This document shows, one piece after another, positions 24,077 to 38,484 of a stretch of 64,000 nucleotides of DNA. The notes below the pieces were generated by a model that worked only from the letters and a program-made list of their open reading frames with translations, ran no database searches and had not been told where the DNA came from. Within the stretch, counting starts at the first letter, position 1. Each line of letters starts with the position of its first letter. Both the position numbers and the translations under genes were made by a program. The stretch is from Eledone cirrhosa (lineage: Eukaryota): contig OZ024747.1 of assembly GCA_964016885.1 (NCBI GenBank), positions 59,892,001 to 59,956,000 of the forward strand. Direction: 5' to 3'.

Positions 24077-26569
24077 TAAAGTGAATTATGTACTTAAGAT
24101 TAAAAGAACAGATTAAATATAAACTAAAGTGCTGACGAGAGTAAATATCTTCAAAATACAAAGCCTTGTTTTGATTTGCTGGCATGTAGAGAAATATGTA
24201 GCTTGCTGAAAAAGAAAACTGGGTGATAAACATAAATGGTGAAATCTGGAGGTGTTAAAAATTGAATTAATATATATATTCATGGAAGTGTGTACAGTGA
24301 AAGTTGAAAGGCTGAAGGCTGATGGAGTTAATTTTAATTAAAACTGTTGCTAGAACTAACTCTACAATTATGAAATGAGGATAATTTGAAATTATTAGAA
24401 TTGATTAAACGTTTGTTTTTCATTGATAATATAATATTCTCTCAGGGTTGAATTTCCTATAATTTAGATAGTATACTGTAGTGAACTGCTGTGTGTATCT
24501 GGTTTAGAATAGATGTACTCTATCTCAACATAGGCAACAAATTGGAGGAATCATTAGAACATCAGATAGAGTATTTTGCAGTATTCATTCCAGCTCTCTG
24601 CTCCATGAGTTCAAATCCTGCCAAGGTCAACTTTGCCTTTCATCCTTTCGTGGTCAATAAAACAAGTACTAGTCTAGTACTGGATTTGATTTTTCCTCTA
24701 TATCTATTTCTCACTTTCTCTCTCTCACTTCCTGTTGTTCTTTGGAAGAAATCTACTGTATGCCACTATGGTGACCCTTTGATGCCATCAGGAGCTACGG
24801 GACCTTGGCTCCAGGAAAGCCATAAACATTGCTTCAAAAAGCACTCTACCGCAAGTATGAAGCCTGTCATGGGACCCATAAGGCTTTAGCAGGGAATATG
24901 GCCTTAAGCCCTTTTCATACTACCCTGGCAAAAACAGGTTTTGGTTCTATGTAACCAAACAACCAATTTTAAATGGTCCTATTTAAATTAAAAATCTTCT
25001 CTCATAATTTTATATAAGAACCATATGTTACGTTACTATCTTAGTGATGAAAAAATCATTTTAGTAAATCCATCAAAATTCTTCATTAATTAATTAAAAC
25101 AGATTGTATTTATTTAGAAATATGGTCACAAAATTGTTCAAACACCTGTTGGCATATTCAGTTGTGAATTGCTGCTATTGAACAGTTAACAGGAAAGAGC
25201 TGAAGAGAAACATAAGGAACATTAGTTCAAGACTGTGTCATAGACAACAGTGTACAAGTTCAGAAAACTGCTCATTGTATCATATATATGTACTTCATTG
25301 TAAAATGTTTATGAGACTGATAACAAAGGGGAAGAAAAATATGTTTAGCACTTTAGCATTTACATTACTCTATATTTACTATTTCATTTTCACGGTAAAG
25401 GATTTATCTCACATAGTATCAAATCTATGAGATTTTGATGTTGTCTATTTTGAGAACAATACTTTAACATTGGCATGAACGGCCAATTATGGCTGGTTTG
25501 AACAGAAAGAGGTGAGTGAATTCTGGCCGGATATGGCCGGTTTAAATACTAAAGGGTTAAACTGGAAACCTGGTCCAAAAGCTTTCAACAGAGTAGACTC
25601 TGCTAAATGGTCACCCAAGGGTCACGTGGTGCTGTTAAAACATGTGATGGATTAATGTTACTACCCACGTAGGCAACAGTGGGATTTGAACTCAGGATAC
25701 AAAGAACTGAAAGAAATGCCACTAAGCATCTTATCCAATACTCCAACACTTCTTCCAATCCATCTCTCTAGACTGGTTCTTTACTGTATCAACTGTGAAA
25801 GTATGTAAAGCAAAGTTGACCTTGGCAGGATTGAAACTCAGATTTCAGAGTGTCAGAACAAATACTACAAGACTTTTTGCTATACACTCTAACTTTAGCC
25901 ATCATCACTCTAACAGCCAAACAACAAGTAATGTTAAAATAGTTTTAAAATTAAGAAACAAGATAAATACTTAATGATAAAGGTATGATAGTCTTACTGC
26001 AGATTTAGTAGTATCATTCCAACAATTCTTCTCTTTCTTTTTCTTTTTCTGGGGGTTTTTTCTTTTGTTTTTGTATTGTTTGTTTTGTTAGCTACAACAT
26101 CTGAGACTGGTAGACAAAACAATCTCTAAAATATTTAGACTAATCAATTTGAAGATTAATTAGATTTAAAGTAGTTTATATGTGTGAGATTTAATTAAAT
26201 TTCTACACTAATTTATCACCTTTACATCCCAGTATAAATATTTAATTGTCCTATAATGATCGGTGGTACAACTGCTGACAACATCCACAACAACAACAAT
26301 ACAGGTGCAAGTGTATGTGTTTGTGTCTGCATCTGTGTGTTTGTGTGTACATGTGTATGTATATGTATGTTCATGAGTGTGCATGTGTGTGTGAACGTGT
26401 GTTTGTGTGTGTGTGCACATGTGTGTGTATAAGTGTGTGTGTGTGTGTGTGTGTGTCTGCATCTGTGTGTTTATGTATGTGTGTAGCAGCTATAATGGCA
26501 GTAGTTACCTCACATTTACTTTGTCTATTTCCTAACATTTTTTATATACATGTATATTATTGGCTAAAT

Positions 26570-26815
26570 CATCATCATTATCAATTTTATATCAGCTTTT
26601 CCATGCTTGCATGGGTTGGATAGGTCCTTGCCCTCTCATAAACAGCATCTCACCATATGTTGTGTTCTTTGACTATCAACTCCCTTATAAGGTCGAACAT
26701 CTTGAGATAACTTGAGATAACTTGAGACTATTTCTGGCACAGTTTCTTTCCATTTGGAACTCCTGGCACATCTTTACTGAATTGTTATCATTAAAAAAAA
26801 CATAATGACTCGTGT
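26570..26815 (-). mobile_element. Decayed RTE LINE 3' end carrying the family C-type tail
   Basis: Minus strand ...aaagatgtgccaggagttccaaatggaaag...gagatgctgtt...aacccatgcaagcatggaaaagc...(atg)n. Confidence 0.6.
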
Positions 26816-26929
26816 GTCACTGTGTGTGTATGTCAGCCAAACTGACAACAATAGGCTACCATGATCGCTTTTTTTCCTTAAAGCCTTTTGGAATGTGTTT
26901 ACCATCATTCCTTAGGTATATAACTATTA

Positions 26930-27000
26930 TGCAATATACACCTGATGATGTCACCAGGTCCATATGTAGCCTGGCCACTGAAATGTGCATAGTGTTTGCA
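26930..27000 (+). ncRNA. Minimal type I hammerhead ribozyme motif, sense to the host intron
   Basis: tgcaa-tat-acac-CTGATGA (26942-26948); stem II t gt ca ccagg [11 nt] cctgg cc ac t; GAAA (26980-26983); tgtgca-TA; gtgt-ttgca. Stem I acac/gtgt plus tgcaa/ttgca; stem III AUGUGCAU is quasi-palindromic; AUA triplet, cleavage after 26991. Confidence 0.75.
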
Positions 27001-27235
27001 GAAAGAAATGATTGAAGGAATCCAATCTGTCTGGCCTCCTGTCATTTTACTCTATTACATATATATATATATATATATATGTGGTTGGTGTTAGGAAGGG
27101 CATCCAGCTGTAGAAAACCTGCCAGACAGTCCTATGCGAGCAAGACAACCACTCTTGCCTCAAGTGGGAAAACTCCCGTCCAAACCCATGCAAGCGTGGA
27201 ACATGGACGTTAAACGATGATGATGATGATGATGA

Positions 27236-27275
<40 letters not shown>

Positions 27276-27329
27276 CATTGAGTTCTTCATACGGATTGAA
27301 CACTACCGTAAACTTTTGGTAGATTTATC

Positions 27330-27364
<35 letters not shown>

Positions 27365-27366
<2 letters not shown>

Positions 27367-27710
27367 AGGCACATGGCTTAGTGGTTAGAGCATTGGCCCT
27401 GCAATCGAAAGGTTGTGAGTTCAATTCTCAGACCGGGTGATGTGTTGTTTCCTTGAGCAAGAGACTTTATTTCACATTGCTCCAGTTTACTCAGCTGTAG
27501 AAATGAGATGATAGGGACTGGGGTCCATATCATTCCACTGCAAAGTGGTCGTGGAGGTGCCACGGCAAAAAAGCACCCAGCACTCACTGTAAATGAGGTT
27601 GGTGTTAGGAAGGGCATCCAGCTGTAGAAATCAAGCCAGAATCAGTTCCCGTCCCACCCTTGCAAGCAGGGAAAAAGCGGACGTAAAATGAAATGATGAT
27701 GATGAAATGA
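27365..27710 (+). mobile_element. tRNA-derived CORE-type SINE family B with RTE-derived tail, full-length
   Basis: Head ggaggcacatggcttagtggttagagc (A box)...gagttcaattc (B box); CORE-like ccttgagcaag.cactttatttcacattgctccagtttactcagctgtagaaatgag; tail cccacccttgcaagcagggaaaagcggacgtaaaatg(atg)n; (TA)n on both sides. Confidence 0.9.
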
Positions 27711-30700
27711 TATATATATATATATGTAAAAGGTAAGCAGAAATGACAACACAAACAGTACAGTATATGGAAGGAATATATGAGTTTAACACTTGAAATA
27801 GCAGAAAGAGGGTCTTATCGTTTTGGATACTAGTCCTTCATCGAAAGAAAAAATTGAGGGGACAGGCAGGGCGAAATAGGAAACACACGAGTTGAGGGTA
27901 TTGTGTGTGTGTGTGTGTGTGTGTGAGGTTCAATCGTGGGGTAACCACAGTAAGTAAAGTACTCAATACATTAGTAGAGTGTAAACATCATGTTTAATAT
28001 TGAAATGCTAGCATGGAAAAATGGATGTTAAACGGTGATGATGATATTCTGAGTACAAATTCGCCCTCTTATGGGAGTCCATCCAGCAATGAATGAAAAG
28101 ATTCCAGTCCTCACTTGCTTACTTAGTGTGATGGAACTCATCAGATTGGACCAAGGAAACAATGTTTCCATTAGTCTTTCCAATTGCTGATCCTATCTAC
28201 TGGCTGTAATGCCTGTCAGAGAGAGCAACATGAAATAAAGTGTCTTGCTCAAAGACACTACTCATCATCTGGCCCAGGAATTGTACTCACAACCTCACAA
28301 TTGTTCATCCAATTCTCTAACAACTAAGCTATGTATCTTTACAGGGGTACCTCTAAATCCCCCTTTTACAGGAGTATCTTCAATCAACAGTGAGTACAAC
28401 ATCAACAGGCAGTCCCTCTGGAGTCACAAGGAAGAGAGGAATGGCATGGAATTCTTAGTATCACAACTTGGAGAATGACATGATATCAATAAATCCGAAA
28501 GAAAATTATAGAAGGTTCATGACAACAAAGAATGGAGGAACATCATTGAGGGACTACCTTTTGACCACAAGCCTCAACAACTAAGCCACATGCTTTCACA
28601 GCATCAGCAGCAGTAGTAGTAGTTGTGGTGGTAGTAGATTGAATGTACAAGTTATATGAAATGAAGAAGTAAAAAACAGTCAAGTCATGTGTGCTAACTA
28701 ATTACATATTTGTTTGTAAGATACTTGTGGAACTGTCTGTATACAGCTGGAACATGAGAAAGTTTATCATATTTTCTTAAGAAACTTTTCTTCGATATAT
28801 TGCCTTCAGCCAAAGAAACTTTCCTCGTGCTCAACTTCTAAAAACTCTACTGTCTATTAGAATCTTTATAGGTATTTCTATAAACTGTATTCCCATGCTT
28901 CTGTCTATTTAACTTTCTCAATGTCTTTTAGTTAACAAAGATAACTTTAATCAGAAGCATTGTTCTTCAGTAGTCTGGGTTTATTTTTTTTCTCTCTGCA
29001 AACTCAACATCTCTTCGTTTTAATTCTTTTGATACCAAACTGCCTGAAACTGTGCCTGGTTCTATAATAAAACGCTGTTTGTTTTATAAACATCTTCCGT
29101 TATAATTTACATAAGAACCTTTGTTATGTTTAAAATACCAGCATAATAATGAGAAAGTTAGTTATATTACTAAATCCTTTCAAATTTTGGATTTCTTCAA
29201 AATTATTTGAAAATAATTGGCAGATTTTCATTAGAAATATGATACGGAAAGGATTAACTGTTGAATGAAAGAAGATAGGTTTAATCAGAGGCAAAGTTGT
29301 ATAGTATTGGAGGTGTGATCTCTCACTTCTCTGAAATGAGAGATCACAGCTCCTATACTATGGGAATGTAGTTAGAATGTCTCAGGAAAGAATCAATGGA
29401 CAGATTTTATGGACAAAATCAACCGGCAGGAGAATCAAGGGTAGACTCACCCTGAGCAAGATGGTTGGATAACATCCATGAGCTAGGCTGGTCTTGCTTA
29501 GGGATCCAGCCAGATCAGTTGGAGATGGATGCTTCTGACATAACTCACTGGAAGGAGTGTTTGAGGACTATGCCCCCATGACCTCTCAGGAATAAGTGGG
29601 TGAAGAAGAAGACTTTCTCTAAAACTTAACCCTTTTGATACCAAAACATCAAAAACCACCATTTTATGATACAATACTGATTGTTCTAAAGTATTTATAT
29701 TTGTCTAAAAATCTTTCATTACACTGGAAGGAGTGTCTGAGGACTGCCCTTACAACCCTTTCAGGAATAAGTGGGCGAAGGAGGATGTCCTATAGTAGTT
29801 TGTTTTCTTTGGTAAACTCTTGATTTTAAGTTTTGAACACGTGTATAGTTTGTCACGTTCTGTGAGATTAAACTAATTGTGAGAGATTTGTTATGAAAGT
29901 GAAACATAGAAGCCCTTATCTGTAGATTGGGGGATTGGCAGAGTTGGTAGAGGGTTGGACATGCTTTCCAGCATAGTTACGTCGCTTTACGATCTGAGTT
30001 CAAATCCCGCCAAGGTTAACTTTGCCTTTCATCCTTACGAGGTCGATAAAATAAAGTAGCAGTAATGTACTGGGTAATTGCTGGCCTTGTGCCGAAAGTA
30101 GAAACAATTATTTGATTATTGAACAAAAACCAAGACAGTTATATGTGAATTATATATCAAAGTATACATCATTGTTCTATACATTATTGTATTATTGGTC
30201 AATTATTGAACACAATCTACAAATATTCCTTACGCACAGTTTTTTTTTCCGATTGGTTTTATCTTGCAGTATACACAACAAACATTTTTTCATTGAGTTG
30301 CATTTATTTATTTATTATTATTTATTAGTATTTTCCCTCTTCCTTCAGTTTTCCATTTCTTGCCTAGTGTTTCCCAGACACTTAGGGCAGAGAAGCTCAC
30401 TGCATACATTGATAAACCACAAAAAATAGCTGCTTGGGTAGTTGGGTGGTTGGTTAGCTGGGTTTCAGTTTTTTAGGGGTTTGGGAGGGGGAGAGGGTGT
30501 TGTTTTATTGACAGCTCTAGCTAACTTCTAAACCTCTCAAATACTTTGTAAACAACAAAATGGTGTTTTTATTTGAATCTGATTCATCTACCTATCTCTT
30601 CTAAAACTTTGGTTCAATTACTTCAGCTTAATATAATTAATCTTTGTGTACTTGTTGCTTCTTCTTATCTCTGTCTCTCCCTCACCAATCTCTACTTTCT

Positions 30701-30827
30701 ATCTCTCTCTCACTAAAGGCTTTATTTGTATTTCCTTTTACTAATGGTTTGTAATTGAAAGCGGTATCATACTCATACTTACATATTTGCATCAGTAAAT
30801 ACACACGTGCACACTACATGTACATGC

Positions 30828-30909
<82 letters not shown>

Positions 30910-31209
30910 TCATCATCATCATCATCATCATCGTTTAACATCCATTTTCCACGCTAGCATGGGTCTGGACGGGAATTGTCCCACTTGAGGCAAGATTGGT
31001 TGTCTTGCTCAGGACTGTCTGGCGGGTTTTCTACGGCTGGATGCCCTTCCTAACACCAACCACGTTTACAGTGTGGACTGGGAGGTTTTTACTGTGTTAC
31101 CTACACGGCCACATTACAGCGTATATACATATATATGTATATATATGTATATACATATATATATGTGTATATATATGTGTGTATATATATATGTGTATAT
31201 ATATGTGCG

Positions 31210-31240
<31 letters not shown>

Positions 31241-32149
31241 GTATATATACATATATATGTATATACATATATATACTTATAAATGTATATACATATATAT
31301 ATATACATATATATATCTGTATATACATATATATACTTACATATATAATGTGTGTATATATATATATATATATGTATGTAAGCAAAAGAGGAATGAAATA
31401 GAACATAAATTTAAAAAAATAAAAAAACATAGATTTACAGAGAGAGAGAAAGATAGTGAAAGAAAGTGAGATGGAATGAGAGAGAGAGAGATGAAATCTT
31501 TCATATCTAAATCAATATATAGGTGTTGTTTTAAATCAAATTCAATATTATGGTGAAACATTCAATGTATTCCTAAGAAAGTGCAATGTTTTCACATTTT
31601 TCTCTGATTCTGGAGATTCACCATCTCCAGAATCAGAGAAATACCATTTTTTCTTTCCCTTCTTTGTTTATATTTTGTTAACTTCATCTTTTCAAGGAAA
31701 TGAAATAAAATTAGTCGACTCTAAGTTAACATAAACAGATTTCCAGATCTAAGAAAATCTATAGCAACATTTTAAATACGTTTTTGTTTTATGTTTTTGT
31801 TTCTTTGTTTGTTTATCTCTTGAAAGTGAATTATGTTAGCAAAAGAAAAGTCTATTGGTTGTTGTTAATTTTTGTGTCCCTCCCTCCTTCACCACTCAAC
31901 TACCCATCTACCATTTTTTATGTTTCATGTTTATTGAAATAAACTTTGTTTTGAGGTGTTGTGCACATTTCTTCTATTTTTCTTTTGATGTACTTTCTAA
32001 ATCTAATGTTAAACACTTTTCTCATTCTCCTCTTTTCTTCTACAAACTTTGAAAAGCATCTTTAAAACAAAACTGTCTCGCTTCTTGTAAACTGTATACA
32101 ATACATCAAATTTACTTGTTTGAATATTTGAATATGTCAAGCCAAACAT

Positions 32150-33037
32150 TTTTTATAAGTAACTAGCTAGTAATATACCAATGACCTTTTTATAACTAAC
32201 TAATAATTTTCCAATGACTTCTTATAACAAACTAGTTAGTAATCTACCAATGATATTTTTATAGGTAGTTTATAATTTATCAATGATATTTTTGTAACTG
32301 GTTAATTTAGCAATGATATTTTTATAACTAGTTAATTTATCAATGATATTTTCATAACTAGTTAATAATCTACCAATTATTTTTTTTATAACTAGTTAAT
32401 AATTTATCAATGATATTTTTATAACTAGTTAATAATCTACCAATGATATTTTTATAATTAGTTAATAATCTACCAATGATATTTTTATAATTAGTTAATA
32501 ATCTACCAATGATATTTTTATAACTAGTTAATAATCTACCAATGATATTTTTATAACTAGTTAATAATCTACCAATTATTTTTTTATAACTAATTAATAA
32601 TTTATCAATGATATTTTTATAACTAGTTAATAATTTATCAATGATATGTTCATAACTAGTTAATAATCTACCAATGATATTTTTATGACCAACTAACTTA
32701 ATTACCCAAATGTTACTTAATCTAGTGAACAAAAGATGGTCATCAACACAAAATAATTAGAACCACTTTCAAAGATTGTACGTTATAGTTGGTGTCTTGA
32801 TGAATGTGTGTGTGGTGCGGTGAATAAATATGTCTGAACACAAAGGAACCAAACTCCCACTGTCACTGCTTCCATCTCTCCCTCTCCCCAACTTCCACTA
32901 TTATAAACAAATGGGGGCCCATGTGCTGGCCACCCTACGGCCCTGGCAGACAGCTAATAATTTACCAATGATTATTTTTATAACTAACTAGGTAATAATT
33001 AACCAATAACATTTTTATAACTAATTAATAATTTACC
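32150..33037. repeat. 33-bp diverged minisatellite related to the 39-bp array, interrupted at about 32705-32950
   Basis: Unit ctagttaataatctaccaatgatatttttataa; source of the 11-aa periodic ORF 32370..32732. Confidence 0.9.
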
Positions 33038-33299
33038 TTCTCTTCTTTTCTTCTTCTTCTTCACCCACTTATTCCTGAGAGGGTTGTGGGGGTAGAGTCC
33101 TCAGACACTTATACCAGCAGGTTCTGTCAGAAGCAACCGTCTCCAACTGATCTGGCTGGATTCCCAAGCATGACCAGCCAAGCTCATGGATGTTATCCAA
33201 CCACCTTGCTCGAGGTCTACCCCTGGGTCTCCTGCCGGTTGGTTTCACCTGTAAAATCTGTCCAGTGATTCTTTCCTGAGACATTCTAACCACATGCCC
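33038..33299 (-). mobile_element. RTE LINE 3' fragment, second family with (gaa)n tail
   Basis: GHVVRMSQERITGQILQVKPTGRRPRGRPRARWLDNIHELGWSCLG...DRTCW; flanked by aataatttacc (33027-33037, 33300-33310). Same family at about 16720-17070(+), 29325-29612(+), 29720-29785(+), 42970-43212(-) and 58302-58650(-). Confidence 0.9.
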
Positions 33300-36200
33300 A
33301 ATAATTTACCAATGACTTTTTTTAATAACTAAATAGCTAATAATTTATCAATGACTTTTTTTAATAACTAAATAGCTAATAATTTATCAATGACTTTTTT
33401 TAATAACTAAATAGCTAATAATTTATCAATGACTTTTTTAATAACTAAATAGCTAATAATTTACCAATGACTTTTTTTAATAACTAAATAGCTAATAATT
33501 TATCAATTACTTTTTTTAATAACTAAATAGCTAATAATTTACCAATGACTTTTTTTAATAACTAAATAGCTAATAATTTACCAATGACTTTTTTTAATAA
33601 CTAAATAGCTAATAATTTATCAATGACTTTTTTTAATAACTAAATAGCTAATAATTTACCAATGACTTTTTTTAATAACTAAATAGCTAATAATTTACCA
33701 ATGACTTTTTTTAATAACTAAATAGCTAATAATTTACCAATTACTTTTTTTAATAACTAAATAGCTAATAATTTACCAATGACTTTTTTTAATAACTAAA
33801 TAGCTAATAATTTATCAATGACTTTTTTTAATAACTAAATAGCTAATAATTTATCAATGACTTTTTTTAATAACTAAATAGCTAATAATTTATCAATGAC
33901 TTTTTTTAATAACTAAATAGCTAATAATTTACCAATGACTTTTTTTAATAACTAAATAGCTAATAATTTACCAATGACTTTTTTTAATAACTAAATAGCT
34001 AATAATTTACCAATGACTTTTTTTAATAACTAAATAGCTAATAATTTACCAATGACTTTTTTTAATAACTAAATAGCTAATAATTTATCAATGACTTTTT
34101 TTAATAACTAAATAGCTAATAATTTATCAATGACTTTTTTTAATAACTAAATAGCTAATAATTTATCAATGACTTTTTAATAACTAAATAGCTAATAATT
34201 TACCAATGACTTTTTTTAATAACTAAATAGCTAATAATTTATCAATTACTTTTTTTAATAACTAAATAGCTAATAATTTACCAATGACTTTTTTTAATAA
34301 CTAAATAGCTAATAATTTACCAATGACTTTTTTTAATAACTAAATAGCTAATAATTTATCAATGACTTTTTTTAATAACTAAATAGCTAATAATTTACCA
34401 ATGACTTTTTTTAATAACTAAATAGCTAATAATTTACCAATGACTTTTTTTAATAACTAAATAGCTAATAATTTACCAATTACTTTTTTTAATAACTAAA
34501 TAGCTAATAATTTACCAATGACTTTTTTAATAACTAAATAGCTAATAATTTACCAATGACTTTTTTTAATAACTAAATAGCTAATAATTTACCAATGACT
34601 TTTTTTAATAACTAAATAGCTAATAATTTACCAATGACTTTTTTTAATAGCTAACTAGCTAATAATTTACCAATGACTTTTTTTAATAACTAACTAGCTA
34701 ATAATTTACCAATGACTTTTTTTAATAACTAAATAGCTAATAATTTACCAATGACTTTTTTTAATAACTAAATAGCTAATAATTTACCAATTACTTTTTT
34801 TAATAACTAAATAGCTAATAATTTACCAATGACTTTTTTTAATAACTAAATAGCTAATAATTTACCAATGACTTTTTTTAATAACTAAATAGCTAATAAT
34901 TTACCAATGACTTTTTTTAATAACTAAATAGCTAATAATTTACCAATGACTTTTTTAATAACTAAATAGCTAATAATTTACCAATGACTTTTTTTAATAA
35001 CTAAATAGCTAATAATTTACCAATGACTTTTTTTAATAACTAAATAGCTAATAATTTATCAATGACTTTTTTTAATAACTAAATAGCTAATAATTTATCA
35101 ATGACTTTTTTTAATAACTAAATAGCTAATAATTTACCAATGACTTTTTTTAATAACTAAATAGCTAATAATTTATCAATGACTTTTTTTAATAACTAAA
35201 TAGCTAATAATTTACCAATGACTTTTTTTAATAACTAAATAGCTAATAATTTATCAATGACTTTTTTTAATAACTAAATAGCTAATAATTTACCAATGAC
35301 TTTTTTTAATAACTAAATAGCTAATAATTTATCAATGACTTTTTTTAATAACTAAATAGCTAATAATTTACCAATGACTTTTTTTAATAACTAAATAGCT
35401 AATAATTTATCAATGACTTTTTTTAATAACTAAATAGCTAATAATTTACCAATGACTTTTTTTAATAACTAAATAGCTAATAATTTATCAATGACTTTTT
35501 TTAATAACTAAATAGCTAATAATTTATCAATGACTTTTTTTAATAACTAAATAGCTAATAATTTATCAATGACTTTTTTTAATAACTAAATAGCTAATAA
35601 TTTATCAATTACTTTTTTTAATAACTAAATAGCTAATAATTTACCAATGACTTTTTTTAATAACTAAATAGCTAATAATTTACCAATGACTTTTTTAATA
35701 ACTAAATAGGTAATAATTTATCAATGACTTTTTTTAATAACTAAATAGCTAATAATTTACCAATGACTTTTTTTAATAACTAAATAGCTAATAATTTACC
35801 AATGACTTTTTTTAATAACTAAATAGCTAATAATTTATCAATTACTTTTTTTAATAACTAAATAGCTAATAATTTACCAATGACTTTTTTTAATAAGTAA
35901 ATAGCTAATAATTTACCAATTACTTTTTTTAATAACTAAATAGCTAATAATTTACCAATGACTTTTTTTAATAACTAAATAGCTAATAATTTACCAATGA
36001 CTTTTTTTAATAACTAACTAGCTAATAATTTACCAATGACTTTTTTTAATAACTAACTAGCTAATAATTTACCAATGACTTTTTTTAATAACTAAATAGC
36101 TAATAATTTACTAATGACTTTTTTTAATAACTAAATAGCTAATAATTTACCAATGACTTTTTTTAATAACTAAATAGCTAATAATTTATCAATGACTTTT

Positions 36201-37437
36201 TTTAATAACTAAATAGCTAATAATTTACCAATGACTTTTTTTAATAACTAAATAGCTAATAATTTACCAATGACTTTTTTTAATAACTAAATAGCTAATA
36301 ATTTATCAATTACTTTTTTTAATAACTAAATAGCTAATAATTTACCAATGACTTTTTTTAATAAGTAAATAGCTAATAATTTACCAATTACTTTTTTTAA
36401 TAACTAAATAGCTAATAATTTACCAATGACTTTTTTTAATAACTAAATAGCTAATAATTTACCAATGACTTTTTTTAATAACTAACTAGCTAATAATTTA
36501 CCAATGACTTTTTTTAATAACTAACTAGCTAATAATTTACCAATGACTTTTTTTAATAACTAAATAGCTAATAATTTACCAATGACTTTTTTTAATAACT
36601 AAATAGCTAATAATTTACCAATGACTTTTTTTAATAACTAAATAGCTAATAATTTACCAATGACTTTTTTTAATAACTAAATAGCTAATAATTTACCAAT
36701 GACTTTTTTTAATAACTAAATAGCTAATAATTTACCAATGACTTTTTTTAATAAGTAAATAGCTAATAATTTACCAATTACTTTTTTTAATAACTAAATA
36801 GCTAATAATTTACCAATGACTTTTTTTAATAACTAAATAGCTAATAATTTACCAATGACTTTTTTTAATAACTAAATAGCTAATAATTTACCAATGACTT
36901 TTTTTAATAACTAAATAGCTAATAATTTACCAATGACTTTTTTTAATAACTAAATAGCTAATAATTTACCAATGACTTTTTTTAATAACTAAATAGCTAA
37001 TAATTTACCAATTACTTTTTTTAATAACTAAATAGCTAATAATTTACCAATTACTTTTTTTAATAACTAAATAGCTAATAATTTACCAATGACTTTTTTT
37101 AATAACTAAATAGCTAATAATTTACCAATGACTTTTTTTAATAACTAAATAGCTAATAATTTACCAATGACTTTTTTTAATAACTAAATAGCTAATAATT
37201 TACCAATGACTTTTTTTAATAACTAAATAGCTAATAATTTACCAATGACTTTTTTTAATAACTAAATAGCTAATAATTTACCAATGACTTTTTTTAATAA
37301 CTAAATAACTAATAATTTACCAATGACTTTTTTTAATAACTAAATAGTTAATAATTTACCAATGACTTTTTTTAATAACTAAATAGCCAATAATTTACCA
37401 ATGACGTTTTTTAATAACTAAATAGCTAATAATTTAT
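33300..37437. repeat. 39-bp AT-rich minisatellite, about 106 copies
   Basis: Unit aataactaaatagctaataatttaccaatgacttttttt, highly homogeneous. Confidence 0.97.
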
Positions 37438-37692
37438 TGCTATATGTGGCGGAGGGGGAGTTTAATGAGATAATCATAAGAGACATTCACACCAGTCTGA
37501 GCGAGAGGACATTTTATAAGCTGATCTTAAAACCTACCAAGTTTGGCAGTGTAATGTATTGACCAAGGTTATGGAAAAATTCATTAATGGAAATATTTAA
37601 CTGATTTATTGCTGTCCTTTTTCTTTCACCTTCACTTTCTTATATTTAGTTTTCGTGCTTTTCCCTCTCTCCTCCTCTCTCCCTCTCTTTAT

Positions 37693-38048
37693 TTATAAGG
37701 GATATTAAATACCTTTCTCAGTCTGTCATGGCATACCAGCTATATATAAGGGGTTATTAGATAACTTTGTCAGTCTGTCATGGCATACCAGTTATATATA
37801 AGTGGTATTAGTTACCTTTCTCAGTCTGTCATGACATACCAGTTATATATACGGGGTATTAGATACCTTCCTCAGTCTGTCATGACACACCAATTATATA
37901 TAAGGGGTATTAGATAACTTTGTCAGTCTGTCATGGCATACCAATTATATATAAGGGGTTATTAGATAACTTTGTCAGTCTGTCATGGCATACCAATTAT
38001 ATATAAGGGGTATTAAATACCTTCCTCAGTGTGTCATGACATACCAGC
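37693..38048. repeat. ~51-bp tandem repeat, 7 copies
   Basis: Unit ttatatataaggggtattagataactttgtcagtctgtcatggcataccaa. Confidence 0.9.
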
Positions 38049-38484
38049 TCTACATTGATTAAATAAATAAATAAAATATCCATTCTGTGGCAGAACAGAT
38101 GGAGGAATGTCAGCATGCTTGAGGAAGTCACAGGCATGAAGGGGCACAACATTTCCTCTAGATTATCATGCCTGTTAATTAAGGTGGGGCTAGGGGTCAC
38201 AAAAATTGTCTTTGCCTCTGAGAGCCTTTGCTGTGCCATTGACATGAAATCCTTAATTACATACCATCAGCTAGTTGTCCAAACCTATCTTACTTCCACC
38301 TGAACAAAGAGAAGCATTATTGTTTAAAAATGAGAATTTTGGGTCGTTAACCCTTCATTGCCATATTTCTAATGAAATACACAGGTTTCAATTATCTGAT
38401 CAATAATTTTCTGAGATTTACTTAAATTAGTAATTATTTCATTATTAATATAACATTTAGGACAATGGATTGGCATTATTGATA

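Noticed and set aside
27365-27435. tRNA genes at SINE heads
   Set aside because: A and B boxes are present but there is no complete cloverleaf, and each continues into a SINE body.
27805-27850. Minus-strand hammerhead-like tcgatgaaggactagtatccaaaacg
   Set aside because: Core is mutated (CGATGA, AAAA) with no convincing stem I; at most a decayed relic.
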